Below are positions 10,396 through 20,904 of a DNA stretch of 64,000 nt, piece after piece (within the stretch, counting starts at the first letter, position 1; each line of letters opens with the position of its first letter). Where the stretch lies: sequence record NC_015251.1; one strand, written 5' to 3'. A program made the position numbers and the translations under genes. The notes under the pieces were generated by a model. It made no database searches. It was not told the DNA's origin and was given only the letters and a program-made list of their open reading frames with translations.

Positions 10396-10679
10396 ATTTG
10401 AACAAATCTTTAATATCATGAAAGAACAAACTATTTTGTTCGTCAATATATGAGCGCACTTCACCAACGGTTTTCTCATAAAACTTAATCAAGTCTAGTT
10501 TACTACCAAACACATCATAAATTTCTTTGGTAAAGAATACATCTCGTACCGCATCATAATAAACTGTATGTGCCACTTTTGCTAGGTATTGTTGCATTGT
10601 ACCCATACCAACATTACGAACTTCCAGAAAGGTAATAGTTCCCACAAAAATATTTTCCAGCAAATTTACACGATCAAAC

Positions 10680-11150
10680 TTAATAGTCATATTGATTCTC
10701 CGTTAGGATTGTGATTACCCGATCTTGATTACGAACTACTCGTACATCTTCGGGCGGATTTTTAACAAATTCTCGGATTCGGATTTTAGCATTAATATCC
10801 AAAATACAATTCTTTTCCATATACCAAACCGAATACATATCTCGATCTGAACGTTGATAGTTCGGATACATCCGGATCAACTGGATCTCAGGGATATGGA
10901 TATTCTCGATTCGTTGGAAATACCTTACAAGGAAATGGTCAGTTAGGTTTAGAACCCCGACAGTTCTCCACGTTTCATAGTGGTAATTGTCTTCAATCCT
11001 ACCACCAAGATAATCGCCGGGCGCTAACGTATAATCGACTTGTTCTAATACCCTATGACTATTCGCAATCTCATCGTTAATGAGTTGAATCTGATGATTC
11101 ATTTTAGTTAGCTTACTGGGGTTAACACCCCTAATACGTCTGCCATTCAT
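10680..11150 (-). CDS. Hypothetical protein with a RelE/DUF4258-like motif pattern
   Basis: LTDHFLVRYFQR...VVRNQDRVITIL. Confidence 0.5.
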   Translation of the reverse strand: MNGRRIRGVNPSKLTKMNHQIQLINDEIANSHRVLEQVDYTLAPGDYLGGRIEDNYHYETWRTVGVLNLTDHFLVRYFQRIENIHIPEIQLIRMYPNYQRSDRDMYSVWYMEKNCILDINAKIRIREFVKNPPEDVRVVRNQDRVITILTENQYDY

Positions 11151-11540
11151 AGGTTATCCTTTTAATTTTTATTGTATGATATCGATAGATAAAGTCACTA
11201 CATACCCCATAGCATTGTGGGTAACTTCAAGGGGGAATACCCCGACTAAATTTTCAAATCCAAGACGTACATCTTTTTTATAAATAGACCCGCATATGTA
11301 ATTTTTTGAAATTTCTGAAACCCACGTCTCAAAATATTCTGCATCTGATAGATTAACAACACGAAAAGTAAATGGGTTTACATAAGATATACCTTTAAAT
11401 GGTTTGTCTTTATATATTCCTTTTCCATACCAATTTCTACCAACCAAAACCGGAATATTAACTATTTGCGTTTCTATTTTTGGTCCTTCTATATACTCGA
11501 TTTCTATAGACTTGTCTACAAATTTCAAAATTCCTCGCAT

Positions 11541-12229
11541 TTACCAACCCTCCATGGGGAATTCCATATACACTTGAGCGTTACGGCGGATCTCATTACT
11601 GATCTTCTTTACACGGTCTGTATTGCGACTTACCCGACCAAACCAGCGCCAACCGTTACCAATTGCTTTAGAGCCAGTATGCCACGTTTGCCAATCGAAT
11701 TCAAGTAGGGTGCGGTCTGGGGCTGTATGAAGAACCAGCTCACCGCTATCAATCTTCTGCAAAACTTCTTTATGCCACTGACGATAAATCAGCTCACCGT
11801 CTGGAATTTGGCTAAATTCAGATTCACCTACTGCAAAATGAGTAGGGCAGATATCACCATTAACCAAACCAAGGATATGGCTAGAATGATAACGAGGATT
11901 GTCATAATCAGGTTGTCCCGCAGTGATGAAATGTTTTTCCAGTAGGGATATCTGGACGAGGAACATCATCATGATGGAACCCCGGAATTGCAGGATACCA
12001 CCCCGGCATAAGCATATGTACCCCGAGAGTCAAATACTACATCAGAGCCTTCCCAATCATCTGGAAGTTGAGAGATAAAGCTTCGGGTAATTGGGCCGCC
12101 ATTCTCATAAGCAAAGTTTAGATCGCTATTGAAGAACATCGTTTCGTTTTTGATTTCATCATTCGTTACGTATGATGCAAAAGTACCGCGATTTTTGAAC
12201 TGGGAGTTGAAAGTTTTTTTGCTATTCAT
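11541..12229 (-). CDS. 2OG-Fe(II) oxygenase-like phage protein (two 1-nt insertions)
   Basis: Removing one G (GGGG, ~12022) and one A (AAAAA, ~11936) gives DSRVHMLMPGWYPAIPGFHHDDVPRP...QTWHTG...GWRWFGR. Confidence 0.65.
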
Positions 12230-12945
12230 TTGTATTTCTCCGGAACAAACCCAACCACAAGAAGTAGTATGAAAGTGAAAAATATGGATATAATTAGGAA
12301 ATCTCCATTTCCAGTAACCAATGTACAACCAACTAATATTGTATGAAACACAACAAGAAAACACAAGAACAAAATTTGTTTTATTTGATTGGACTCCAAG
12401 AACCCAAGAACAATCGAATAAATTGTAAGAATAACAACAATAACAGTGAAAAATATAACCACAGTCAATCCTTATTGAAATAATCATCGGAATAATCGGC
12501 TGTAAGTGGATCGTGTTCACTTGCATCATACAATGAAACTGAAACTTTAGTTGTGATACTACTACCACCATCTCTATGATCTACACCAACACAAAGGCTA
12601 ATATTTTCTTTGATGTAACGAATCAAAAAATCTTGATTTTGTTCTACCCAATCTTCATAAGTCATAATCAAACCTCAACTTTAACAATATGATAACCATA
12701 ACCAAGATATCCCAATTCCTTTTGCATAGAAACCATTCGACCTTGGGCGGCGAAATAAGATGCAAGATTGTGCTGGTTCATAGTCTCAACAAATACAGCA
12801 ACCACATAATCGTTTGAGTCTGGACCGTTTTCAATAACCGCATGAGCTTGGCGGAATTTAATTCCCTTCTGGAAGCGGGCTTTGGCTTCTTGCAGTTTGG
12901 CCTTGATTGCTTCATTCATCATATTTTCCATAATTATCTCCTTTT

Positions 12946-12989
12946 GTTTCGACAAAGAGAGTATCCCACAAACGGGGATACTGTGTCAA
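12946..12989 (-). promoter_or_regulatory. Early promoter with -10 hairpin and +1 GTCGAAAC
   Basis: TTGACA-18-GATACT-6-GTCGAAAC; AGTATCCC...GGGATACT palindrome. Confidence 0.8.
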
Positions 12990-12995
12990 CAACTT

Positions 12996-13595
12996 TTAGA
13001 AATTTTTATGAATAGCTACGGCTTCCCACACTTTGTTGAATGCTTCCTGATATGCATCATTTTCTGCAAACTCACGGTCGTACTTATCCGGATCCATCCC
13101 ACCACTATTAGTACCGTAGAATACCATACCGTTTTTAAGTGTAATCATACAGAACAAGAATCTATTATGTTTCTCAATTACGTCATTACTACCGTAGATT
13201 GGGACAGATGAATCAATACCCTGAGCGGCGGTAAAATAGTTAACGGTTGAGATATAACTTTCTACTTCGGTTTTATCGATTGATACACTTGTGGGGTTAT
13301 CATCAAAAACCTCAAAGAAATTGTTCAATTCCAACGAATCAATCCACCAAGTATCGCATCGTTCTTTTGAAATACCTTTCGTATTTTCTGAAAAAATAAC
13401 TTGGTTCTTAATTATCAGATCGGAAGAATACCAATTTTTATGTTCGGGGTGTTTCTGGATGATCGTCTTCATTCCACAAAGTTCCCGTTCTTTCATTGCT
13501 TCAACAACGATTTTAACATTTTTTAGAAATTCTTTAGATAAACCACTTGCATAACGAATATACCCCTCGGGGTTTTTCAATTTAATATATTTCAT
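12996..13595 (-). CDS. Fusion of a paralog-family N-terminus with a C-terminal N4 gp49/Sf6 gp66-like (Tad1-like) domain
   Basis: NYFTAAQG...FCMITLKNGMVFYG...DPDKYDREFAENDAYQEAFNKVW. Confidence 0.7.
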   Translation of the reverse strand: MKYIKLKNPEGYIRYASGLSKEFLKNVKIVVEAMKERELCGMKTIIQKHPEHKNWYSSDLIIKNQVIFSENTKGISKERCDTWWIDSLELNNFFEVFDDNPTSVSIDKTEVESYISTVNYFTAAQGIDSSVPIYGSNDVIEKHNRFLFCMITLKNGMVFYGTNSGGMDPDKYDREFAENDAYQEAFNKVWEAVAIHKNF

Positions 13596-13875
13596 TTATT
13601 ATGTCCTAAAATTCGTAAATTTCTTTTTTATAATCGAAATCTTCATCCAAATCTATTAGTTTGCCGACATACCAACGATCTACATTGATATCATCACAAT
13701 CACTCAGGGTTCCAGTTCCCGTATTTTGCTTCTAATTTAAATTCATATGCCGATTGCCATATACAAATAAAACCATTTTGGTCTATTGTAATTTTAAATC
13801 CAGTTTCGTCTGGAAACATTGGTATGATAATTTTAATTCCTTTTAACTCTATCTCTTTGGCGAATTGTACAAATT

Positions 13876-14040
13876 TCATTTGTTATCACCCGCAATCATT
13901 AGAACAATTCCAGCGATTACAGGGCTGAAAATTAAAGATCCCAATAGCCACAAAACCCAGTTGCGCCCCCAGATATGGGACCCCAACGCAACGAGACAAC
14001 TTAAACCCATATACAACGGATCTAGAATTTCAATATTCAT
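13876..14040 (-). CDS. Small membrane protein (54 aa, below the track cut-off)
   Basis: MNIEILDPLYMGLSCLVALGSHIWGRNWVLWLLGSLIFSPVIAGIVLMIAGDNK; ATGA overlaps at both ends. Confidence 0.65.
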   Translation of the reverse strand: MNIEILDPLYMGLSCLVALGSHIWGRNWVLWLLGSLIFSPVIAGIVLMIAGDNK

Positions 14041-15546
14041 ACACGAACCCCAGTCAAAACAACAATTTCATAATCATCCAGAGGGAAATCTACATCTGGA
14101 TCTGAATAGTGTGTGTTTATTCCCCGAACAATTACCCCACGTTCCAGAATATGCTTTATGTCAAGCCAGTTTGGTTCACACCAAACATTATCAGCGAATT
14201 CAGATCTCACCAACGAGTAATCCTGTTCGCCATCAATGTAACTGGTGAAAACTTCCCAACCAATAAATTTTCCGGTGTCTTTATGTGCAAGTGCAAACAT
14301 GGTTATTTCCTCTTACATTACTTCGGGTTGAGTGTGGACCGCACGGTATTTCTGTTGGAAAGACCGAACAGAAACAATCATGGGATTTTCAGAATTTTCA
14401 ATAAAATCTTTGGTCATTAGGGTTCCCAAAGACCCCTGAGACATAACAACACCTTTTCGGTAGTGTTCACCTACACACCAACCCTTGTTATTCAGTACAT
14501 AGTCCATAGCATCTTGAAAAGACATATCAAATTTGTTCATTACCATTTCCTCGGTTTTTTGATTCCAAACGCAATACGATTCTCGATAGCATTGTAATAC
14601 GTTTCTTTAGCTTTGTCTTTATAATAATCCAATCTAAGCCTAAGCTCGTATTGTTCATCTCGATTAAACACGTCTGTGAATAATACATCATCCCCATCGA
14701 ATTGGTCAAGTAAAACTGCACCATCTAAGATTTTAAGCTTTATGGTGTCGGGAATATACTCAAACGTTATAACGAAAAACCAACCCGGAATTTTGATATT
14801 ACGTCTAACGCTACGCGTTGCAGTACCAACATCGAGGGACCCGATAATTTTTTGAGTTAGTGGGCGAATAGCGGGCTTGTGCTTTTTAAAAAACATTTTC
14901 ACTCTCCGTAATTATTAGCGGCCCAAATTTTCCAATCAAAACCACAATTACATTTACCTTGTGAGTCTTGATATTCTGCGTTTTCACCACACACCGGACA
15001 GCATGGGACCGACACTGTGAACTTAGCACCAATGGGCCACGAATCGGTATGGATTACCGCATATTCACTCTCATATGCTTCCTCTTGCCCAGCAGCAGTA
15101 GCCCACACATAAGGTTTGTTATTCTCTACGTTCAGGCGAATTTCACCATGTCCAACTTGTTCATATTTCATTTTTCAATCTCTTCAAAAATTGTTACATC
15201 GTGAGTTGTTTGGATCGTCTTGTTATCCATAATATAATCGGTGATCCCAGATTCCGCTTCTTCACGACTACCAGCACGATATTCCTTGATCATGGTTCGA
15301 GTTTCGCCGGTTTTTGCGTCAGTAAAAACTACTTTAAACAAAAAATCTTTCATGGGTATTCCTTATTTGAGGGGAAACCATACATTCTAGGATATGAGAT
15401 ATCAAAATTACAGGCCATGCATAAAATCCACGGAAGGGGTTTTCTTCGTCTAAGTGTAGTGCGACTGCCCAGATACCAATAACAATGTAAAACACTACAA
15501 ACGCACACACTTCAAAGATTACATGACTCATTTCGATATCTCTTTT

Positions 15547-15589
15547 GTTTCAACAGGGATAGTATCTCATACCCCCGATATTAGATCAA
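15547..15589 (-). promoter_or_regulatory. Early promoter with +1 GTTGAAAC
   Basis: TTGATC-17-GATACT-6-GTTGAAAC. Confidence 0.75.
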
Positions 15590-15800
15590 CCTATTTCATA
15601 GGTCCTTGCCAAGTTTTTATGATGTTGTGCTTGGTAAGACCTAATGTGTATTTCACTTCATTATATGCTTGTTTGATTGCGTAATACGTTTCAATCAAAA
15701 TCGACAAGAAGAGGATTACAAATACAATGATAGGAAATGCTAGTACCAGATAGGTACGCCTAGCAATATTTGAATCCCAACTAGCAGGGTGTTTCATTTT

Positions 15801-16382
15801 TCATTCTCCATATTTTGAGTTATCTATCATATCTGGGTTTGGAACACAACGCAACTTACCCAAAGTTTCTTTCTTACGGCGAGGCAAATACCTTTGTGAA
15901 ATGTCAGGAAGGTTTTTCTCACAAGTACCGACTACTTCATCGCCTAACATAATCAACCATGCACGGCTCATACTCTTATGCTCTACTTTAGCCGTTGGAT
16001 CTGCTCCCATTACTACAGCCGCCGCTTTCCAACAAGTACCGTGGATATCCCTTCGTTCTACCCAGTGAGCGAGTTCATGGTTTATAGTGTCTGCTATCCC
16101 TTCCCAAGTCATAAACCTCATATGATGTTCAGAAAGATATATCTTACGATCTGGACAAGCACACATACCAACGTATGACTTGTGATTTGTAAATTCCAAT
16201 TTGTAAGGAAATGCGACATTCCATTTGTTTATTTTGTGGGTGCGATAATAATCTTGTGCAAATTTAACACGGTCTTTGTAGTAAGAACTAATCTTGTCTT
16301 TCAGAACTTGAGAAATCATGTCACCATCCATAAAAATAAACCCTATACCGATAATGGTACAGGGTTTGGGATCTACAGTCAA
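15801..16382 (-). CDS. SprT-like zinc metalloprotease
   Basis: GMC...IYLS, TINHELAH (HExxH), HGTCWKAAAVVMGA; the true start is probably MISQ near 16320. Confidence 0.85.
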   Translation of the reverse strand: MTVDPKPCTIIGIGFIFMDGDMISQVLKDKISSYYKDRVKFAQDYYRTHKINKWNVAFPYKLEFTNHKSYVGMCACPDRKIYLSEHHMRFMTWEGIADTINHELAHWVERRDIHGTCWKAAAVVMGADPTAKVEHKSMSRAWLIMLGDEVVGTCEKNLPDISQRYLPRRKKETLGKLRCVPNPDMIDNSKYGE

Positions 16383-17623
16383 TCAATTTTTGGATATTTT
16401 GAACTATTTTATCTACCCATTCGCACTGATACACCCGCTCCGTGGTTACATCATACTTATCTGGGATCACATCGCGACCGTATGTGATCCAAAGGAAAAC
16501 CCACCCAAAATATAGAGGTACATGCCACCACTTCAAATAGTTTCGGTTTTTCATATGCATAATATATAAAACAAACAACGGTAGAATTAATGCTATGAAA
16601 ACAATACCGAATGACCACCACATACGAACTTCTAGAATCGGATCCATCATTGTTTAGCTTCCTGTTCCGTGATGATAGTCAATTCACGATCATGATAATT
16701 ATAATTGTATCCATTAACACCGTAAATTTCCATGGTAGTCCCCGGTCGTGCGCAACCTTCGCCATGACCCCCACCGAAGGTAGTTAGCTGTCGGGAGATT
16801 TTGAATTTTTCTCCATCTGAATTTTTCACATAAAATACGTCAGGAAGTTTTACATCACCCAGACCTTGGGGATACACAACCGTAACATAATTACTCGAAT
16901 ATCCACCGCCGCTATTGTAGCGAACAATCATACCTGATAGGTCTTTCTTTAGTGCCATCAACGCAATGGAAAGAACCTTTGCTAATTGAAATTTATCTTC
17001 TGTGATAGAAATCACATCGCATATACGCGATTTCAGTTCTTGGTGATCCATAATATAATTCTCTTATTTAAATGTCAATTTTACGAATGTACTCATAAAT
17101 TTTTGAAGGAATAGTAGCTATCTGGATGAAAACATTATCCTGATACCAGCTATGGAATGTAGGATTATATCCAAGCTCTCTTAGTTTTTCTAAGTGTACC
17201 TTAGATCCAGTAATGAGTCCACCCCTTTGTGCGAATTCTGCAAAGTGATACATCTCTTCATCATAGATAAAAATACCCACGTTGTAGCAACCTGAAGTTC
17301 CGTTAAATTCTTGCCAGAAGTTCCAACTATCATCTTTAAATTCAGACAACATATCGTGTAGATAATCTAGTTTCAGAACTTTTATTTTATCGAGTTCGTT
17401 TTTCATAAATCAATCCCCTACTACAAATTGGATTTTAAGATTCGAATATAATTCTCCTTCCAAATCAACAACACACCACCCATCTTGAGAATCCCAGTAT
17501 TGGATTACTCCATTCTCATCAACACACCATTTCTCAGATTCCAAGTCATAATCATCATATTGCAACACAGCAATAAAATTACCTTTAGTAGGCATAACAT
17601 TAGTCAGTTTCATTACATATTCC

Positions 17624-18942
17624 TCATTTGTATAGATGGTCAAGTATTACCTTAACCATATCAGACTTGTCAAGCTTTATCAGCTTGTTGTAAAGTCGTT
17701 TTCCTACTTCGATTTCAGGAGTGTATCCTTTCTGACGTATGGTGTCAATCAATTCTGGAAGAATTTTAATAATATCTATCCAATTTTGAAGAATTTCGGT
17801 TGTTCCATCAGCAAACTCTTCCGGTGTGATTGAAGGATGGTTCATATCCTGTCTGTATGGCTTTGTGAGACGTTCTAGCTCTTGTGGGATAGAACCATCT
17901 AGGAACTTGAATACAATTAGCTGGTGAGGCTTGTACGATGTTTTACGAGCTTGTTGTTTGATGCGTTGTTCTAGGAAGTTGTGATACCAATCTTGAAAAA
18001 CTCGTTTGTATCTTTATCGTTATTGATCCAGTTGGTAACGTAAATGTGTCCCGGCTTGGATTTGTTATAACCGTAGGTTGTGCATGATGGACATCGTCTA
18101 CCACCATACACGAAGTCATTATAAGAAGTTGTTTGTCTTTCATGAAGATAGCAAATGTATTCAAACTTCGAGTATGTGTTTTTATAACCATCTGGAAAGC
18201 CAAGGTATTCATAACCAATTTCTTCACAAAGTTCTTTTGTGATTGTTTCTGCTTCTGAATTTCTTTGTTTATCAGCCATCGATTTTATTCCACAATCAAA
18301 ACAACCACGACCGCCGTTAATAAGGTCATTATAAGAGGGAGTATAATGACCATGTTCAGGACAGTTGATTGTCACTTTAGATTTTTGATTTTTATATCCT
18401 TCAGGAAAACCGATATATTCGTGCCCTTTATACTTCTCTCCTTTTAGAACAGACATAACTTTTCCAAAAGGGTCTTGTTCTTTTTGTTTTTCTTTAATTG
18501 ATTTTATTCCACAATCAGCACAACCACAACCACCATTAACAATTTTGTGATAAGAGAGAGTATAATGTCCATGTTCAGGACAGTTGATTGTCACTTTAGA
18601 ATTGCTGTTCTTATATCCTTCAGGAAAACCGATATATTCATGCCCAACATGTTTTTCACTTGTAGATAAAACCTTTTTTACAAGAATCTCTATTTGAAAA
18701 GGTTTCCACTTAGGATTGAATGCACAACCACAAGGGCTACAACCTTGGTTCAAATTACCTTTTGCACTCTCAAACAAATCAGGAAATAACTCTGTATCCA
18801 GAGAACAAATAGAACAAGTCAACTTATATTTCTTCTTATTCCCTTTCAACCCATTATCACTAACAACAGTCAGAACCCCACCTTTCGGAGTTGGAAAAGT
18901 TTGTCCAATAAAATCGTCTTTAACTTCACAAGTACCGCACAC
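17624..18942 (-). mobile_element. Free-standing homing-endonuclease-like gene: Zn-ribbon repeats plus C-terminal GIY-YIG/T5orf172-like domain, 1-nt frameshift at ~17975
   Basis: Repeated CPEHG...GCxDC modules; GHIYV...FKIGIT; adding one A gives KIGITNFLEQRIKQQ and reads through ORF 17624-17845. Confidence 0.75.
18279..18644. repeat. Intragenic direct repeat (~145 bp, period ~219 bp)
   Basis: GATTTTATTCCACAATCA...CATGTTCAGGACAGTTGATTGTCACTTTAGA...TTATATCCTTCAGGAAAACCGATATATTC at ~18279-18425 and ~18498-18644. Confidence 0.9.
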
Positions 18943-18964
18943 TATAACAAACTCCGAAAAATAG

Positions 18965-18997
18965 AAAAAGCCTATATCCGCTAAGATACAGGCTTTT
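18965..18997 (-). terminator. Rho-independent terminator
   Basis: AAAAGCCTGTATCTTAGCGGATATAGGCTTTTT hairpin. Confidence 0.8.
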
Positions 18998-19007
18998 GGT
19001 TTCTATG

Positions 19008-19322
19008 TCAACTACATTTATTCAATTCTAGAACTTTAAGTTGAGAATATCGGTTTTCTAGTTTCTCTCGGGCATTTGTCTCGGCAATTACATTACCAAG
19101 ACCAAAGTCTCCAAGGAAAGAAAAAACGCTACGAGCATCAAACTCAGATGTTTTGTTTATCTCCGAACGAATACTATCAGCACGAATTAGTTCAAGTTTA
19201 ATCTGTTCACATGTATATTGTTGTTCTTCTGATGTACTAACATTTGGGGTTTGTGGGTATTGTTTTGTTGCACACCCAACCATCATAAGAGTGGCAAAAA
19301 CTGCAATAATAATTTTCTTCAT
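19008..19322 (-). CDS. Lipoprotein
   Basis: MKKIIIAVFATLMMVG-C signal peptide and lipobox. Confidence 0.8.
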   Translation of the reverse strand: MKKIIIAVFATLMMVGCATKQYPQTPNVSTSEEQQYTCEQIKLELIRADSIRSEINKTSEFDARSVFSFLGDFGLGNVIAETNAREKLENRYSQLKVLELNKCS

Positions 19323-19660
19323 ATCATATTTCCTGTGATTTTTAAAGTAGGGATATGATATCACACCATATCCCAAACACCAAACTGAATTTAAAAATCG
19401 TGATGGTATCCAAAACTAACTTTGTACGAGTCAAAAGAACTTTCGATTGAGCGTAGATAAATTATCTCTACATCAAATTTAGCAGCAAGGATATCAACAA
19501 TTTCTTTTACTGTATAACCCCGGTCATTTCCCTTTTCAACCATAATAGATTTACATTCAATTGTAATCTTTGGACCATGATGATTTCCGGATACAACTTC
19601 CCCAAACTTATTAACCGCAAATATTATATTATTTACTAATTTAACTGTAGCCATTTTTAA

Positions 19661-19975
19661 TCACTCATATACAACGATAGATTTTACTACGGGAAATACT
19701 TCAGACAATTCAATTTCATCATCTTCGTATTCATAAGGACGCTCATCCTGATTTTCGGTAGCACCTTCGGACCAACCAGTGCGATAGAATTTAGTCACGT
19801 CACCTTGAGTAACAGAAAGGATCTGGTCATAGATAACGCTCCAACGGCTGGTATCTACAATCTCTTTCTGCACGTTTTTAATTACGGCAGGACCTTCAAA
19901 CCCGAACTCACCATCTTCCAGATCCATACGATCTTCATAAACCATTTCTTGCAGAAGTTCTTTATAAAATTTCAT
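19661..19975 (-). CDS. Conserved acidic phage hypothetical protein
   Basis: SRWS...GATENQDERPYE motif. Confidence 0.65.
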   Translation of the reverse strand: MKFYKELLQEMVYEDRMDLEDGEFGFEGPAVIKNVQKEIVDTSRWSVIYDQILSVTQGDVTKFYRTGWSEGATENQDERPYEYEDDEIELSEVFPVVKSIVVYE

Positions 19976-19989
19976 TTCATGTTTCCTTA

Positions 19990-20382
19990 TTAGATTTCTT
20001 GACCATCATAAGTAATGGTCACAACAGTGTTAGTTTTAATTTTACTTGTGATTGAATTAGAGAATTCGTTTTGTTCTTGAACATCAGATACACCATCCAA
20101 CATAGATTCCCAAATCATATAATCATCATCCATTTCTGTATACGTTTTGAATGCAGAAATAAGATCTTCTACAGTCTCACACATATTGATTTTAACATCA
20201 CCATCTACTTCGGAATGTTTTCCATCAAGATAATGAAAATATGGAGTATAACCACGGATCAAGTCTTCATTTTCTTCAAAGAATTCTTTAGTAAAGAATC
20301 CACTTTGACTACAACAAGAGCCAGAATAATAACCTTCACCAAACAGCTCTACAAATACTACCTTTCCAATTAGATCTTTCAT
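19990..20382 (-). CDS. GKHSEV-family hypothetical protein
   Basis: PYFHYLDGKHSEVDGDV. Confidence 0.65.
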   Translation of the reverse strand: MKDLIGKVVFVELFGEGYYSGSCCSQSGFFTKEFFEENEDLIRGYTPYFHYLDGKHSEVDGDVKINMCETVEDLISAFKTYTEMDDDYMIWESMLDGVSDVQEQNEFSNSITSKIKTNTVVTITYDGQEI

Positions 20383-20390
20383 TTTTTATA

Positions 20391-20768
20391 TCACCAGTCA
20401 ATATTAATACCGTAATCACCAGCAGGTAACAGCCCTTTATCATGTAGATCGTTAACAATCATACTCATTTCTGGGTAAAAGTTTCTCTCCCACCACATAT
20501 TAAGTTCCCAATCTGATGTTTGACCAACAATAGGAGTTTTTGGATCCCGTTCCAACCAAGCTTTAAAACTAACTCCCATTTCAGGATGATTTACCTTTTC
20601 AGGAACTGTATCATTTTCATAGTCGTAAGGATACGCATGAGGACAACTAAAATATACAGTCTGGCGCTCTTTACAGTCGTCTTGTTGTTGAAAACTATAG
20701 TCTCGACCATAAGTTGATGAAACCAGATCATCCCACTCTTGCACACTCATAATAGTAACAGATTTCAT
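20391..20768 (-). CDS. Conserved phage hypothetical protein
   Basis: EMGVSFKAWLERDP...WERNFYP...INIDW. Confidence 0.65.
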   Translation of the reverse strand: MKSVTIMSVQEWDDLVSSTYGRDYSFQQQDDCKERQTVYFSCPHAYPYDYENDTVPEKVNHPEMGVSFKAWLERDPKTPIVGQTSDWELNMWWERNFYPEMSMIVNDLHDKGLLPAGDYGINIDW

Positions 20769-20904
20769 CTTTATTCCTTGGCTATTGATATTTGGTTCAT
20801 AATTCTAAGCGATTCATTTAATGACTCGGTTTCAATGTAATACATGGTTGAGGCCCAACCAATTAGAGCCCCAAGCACAATACCCACAATAAAATGTTGC
20901 ATCT

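Noticed and set aside
11969-12571. 200-aa ORF as a real protein
   Set aside because: The N-terminal half is an off-frame read of two small genes; only the part from MNSKK belongs to the oxygenase-like gene.
14313-14546. Tad2/DUF2829-like protein (MSFQDAM start)
   Set aside because: Only the first few residues resemble the family; the RxGWNGK and SQxDxLAxDW motifs are absent.
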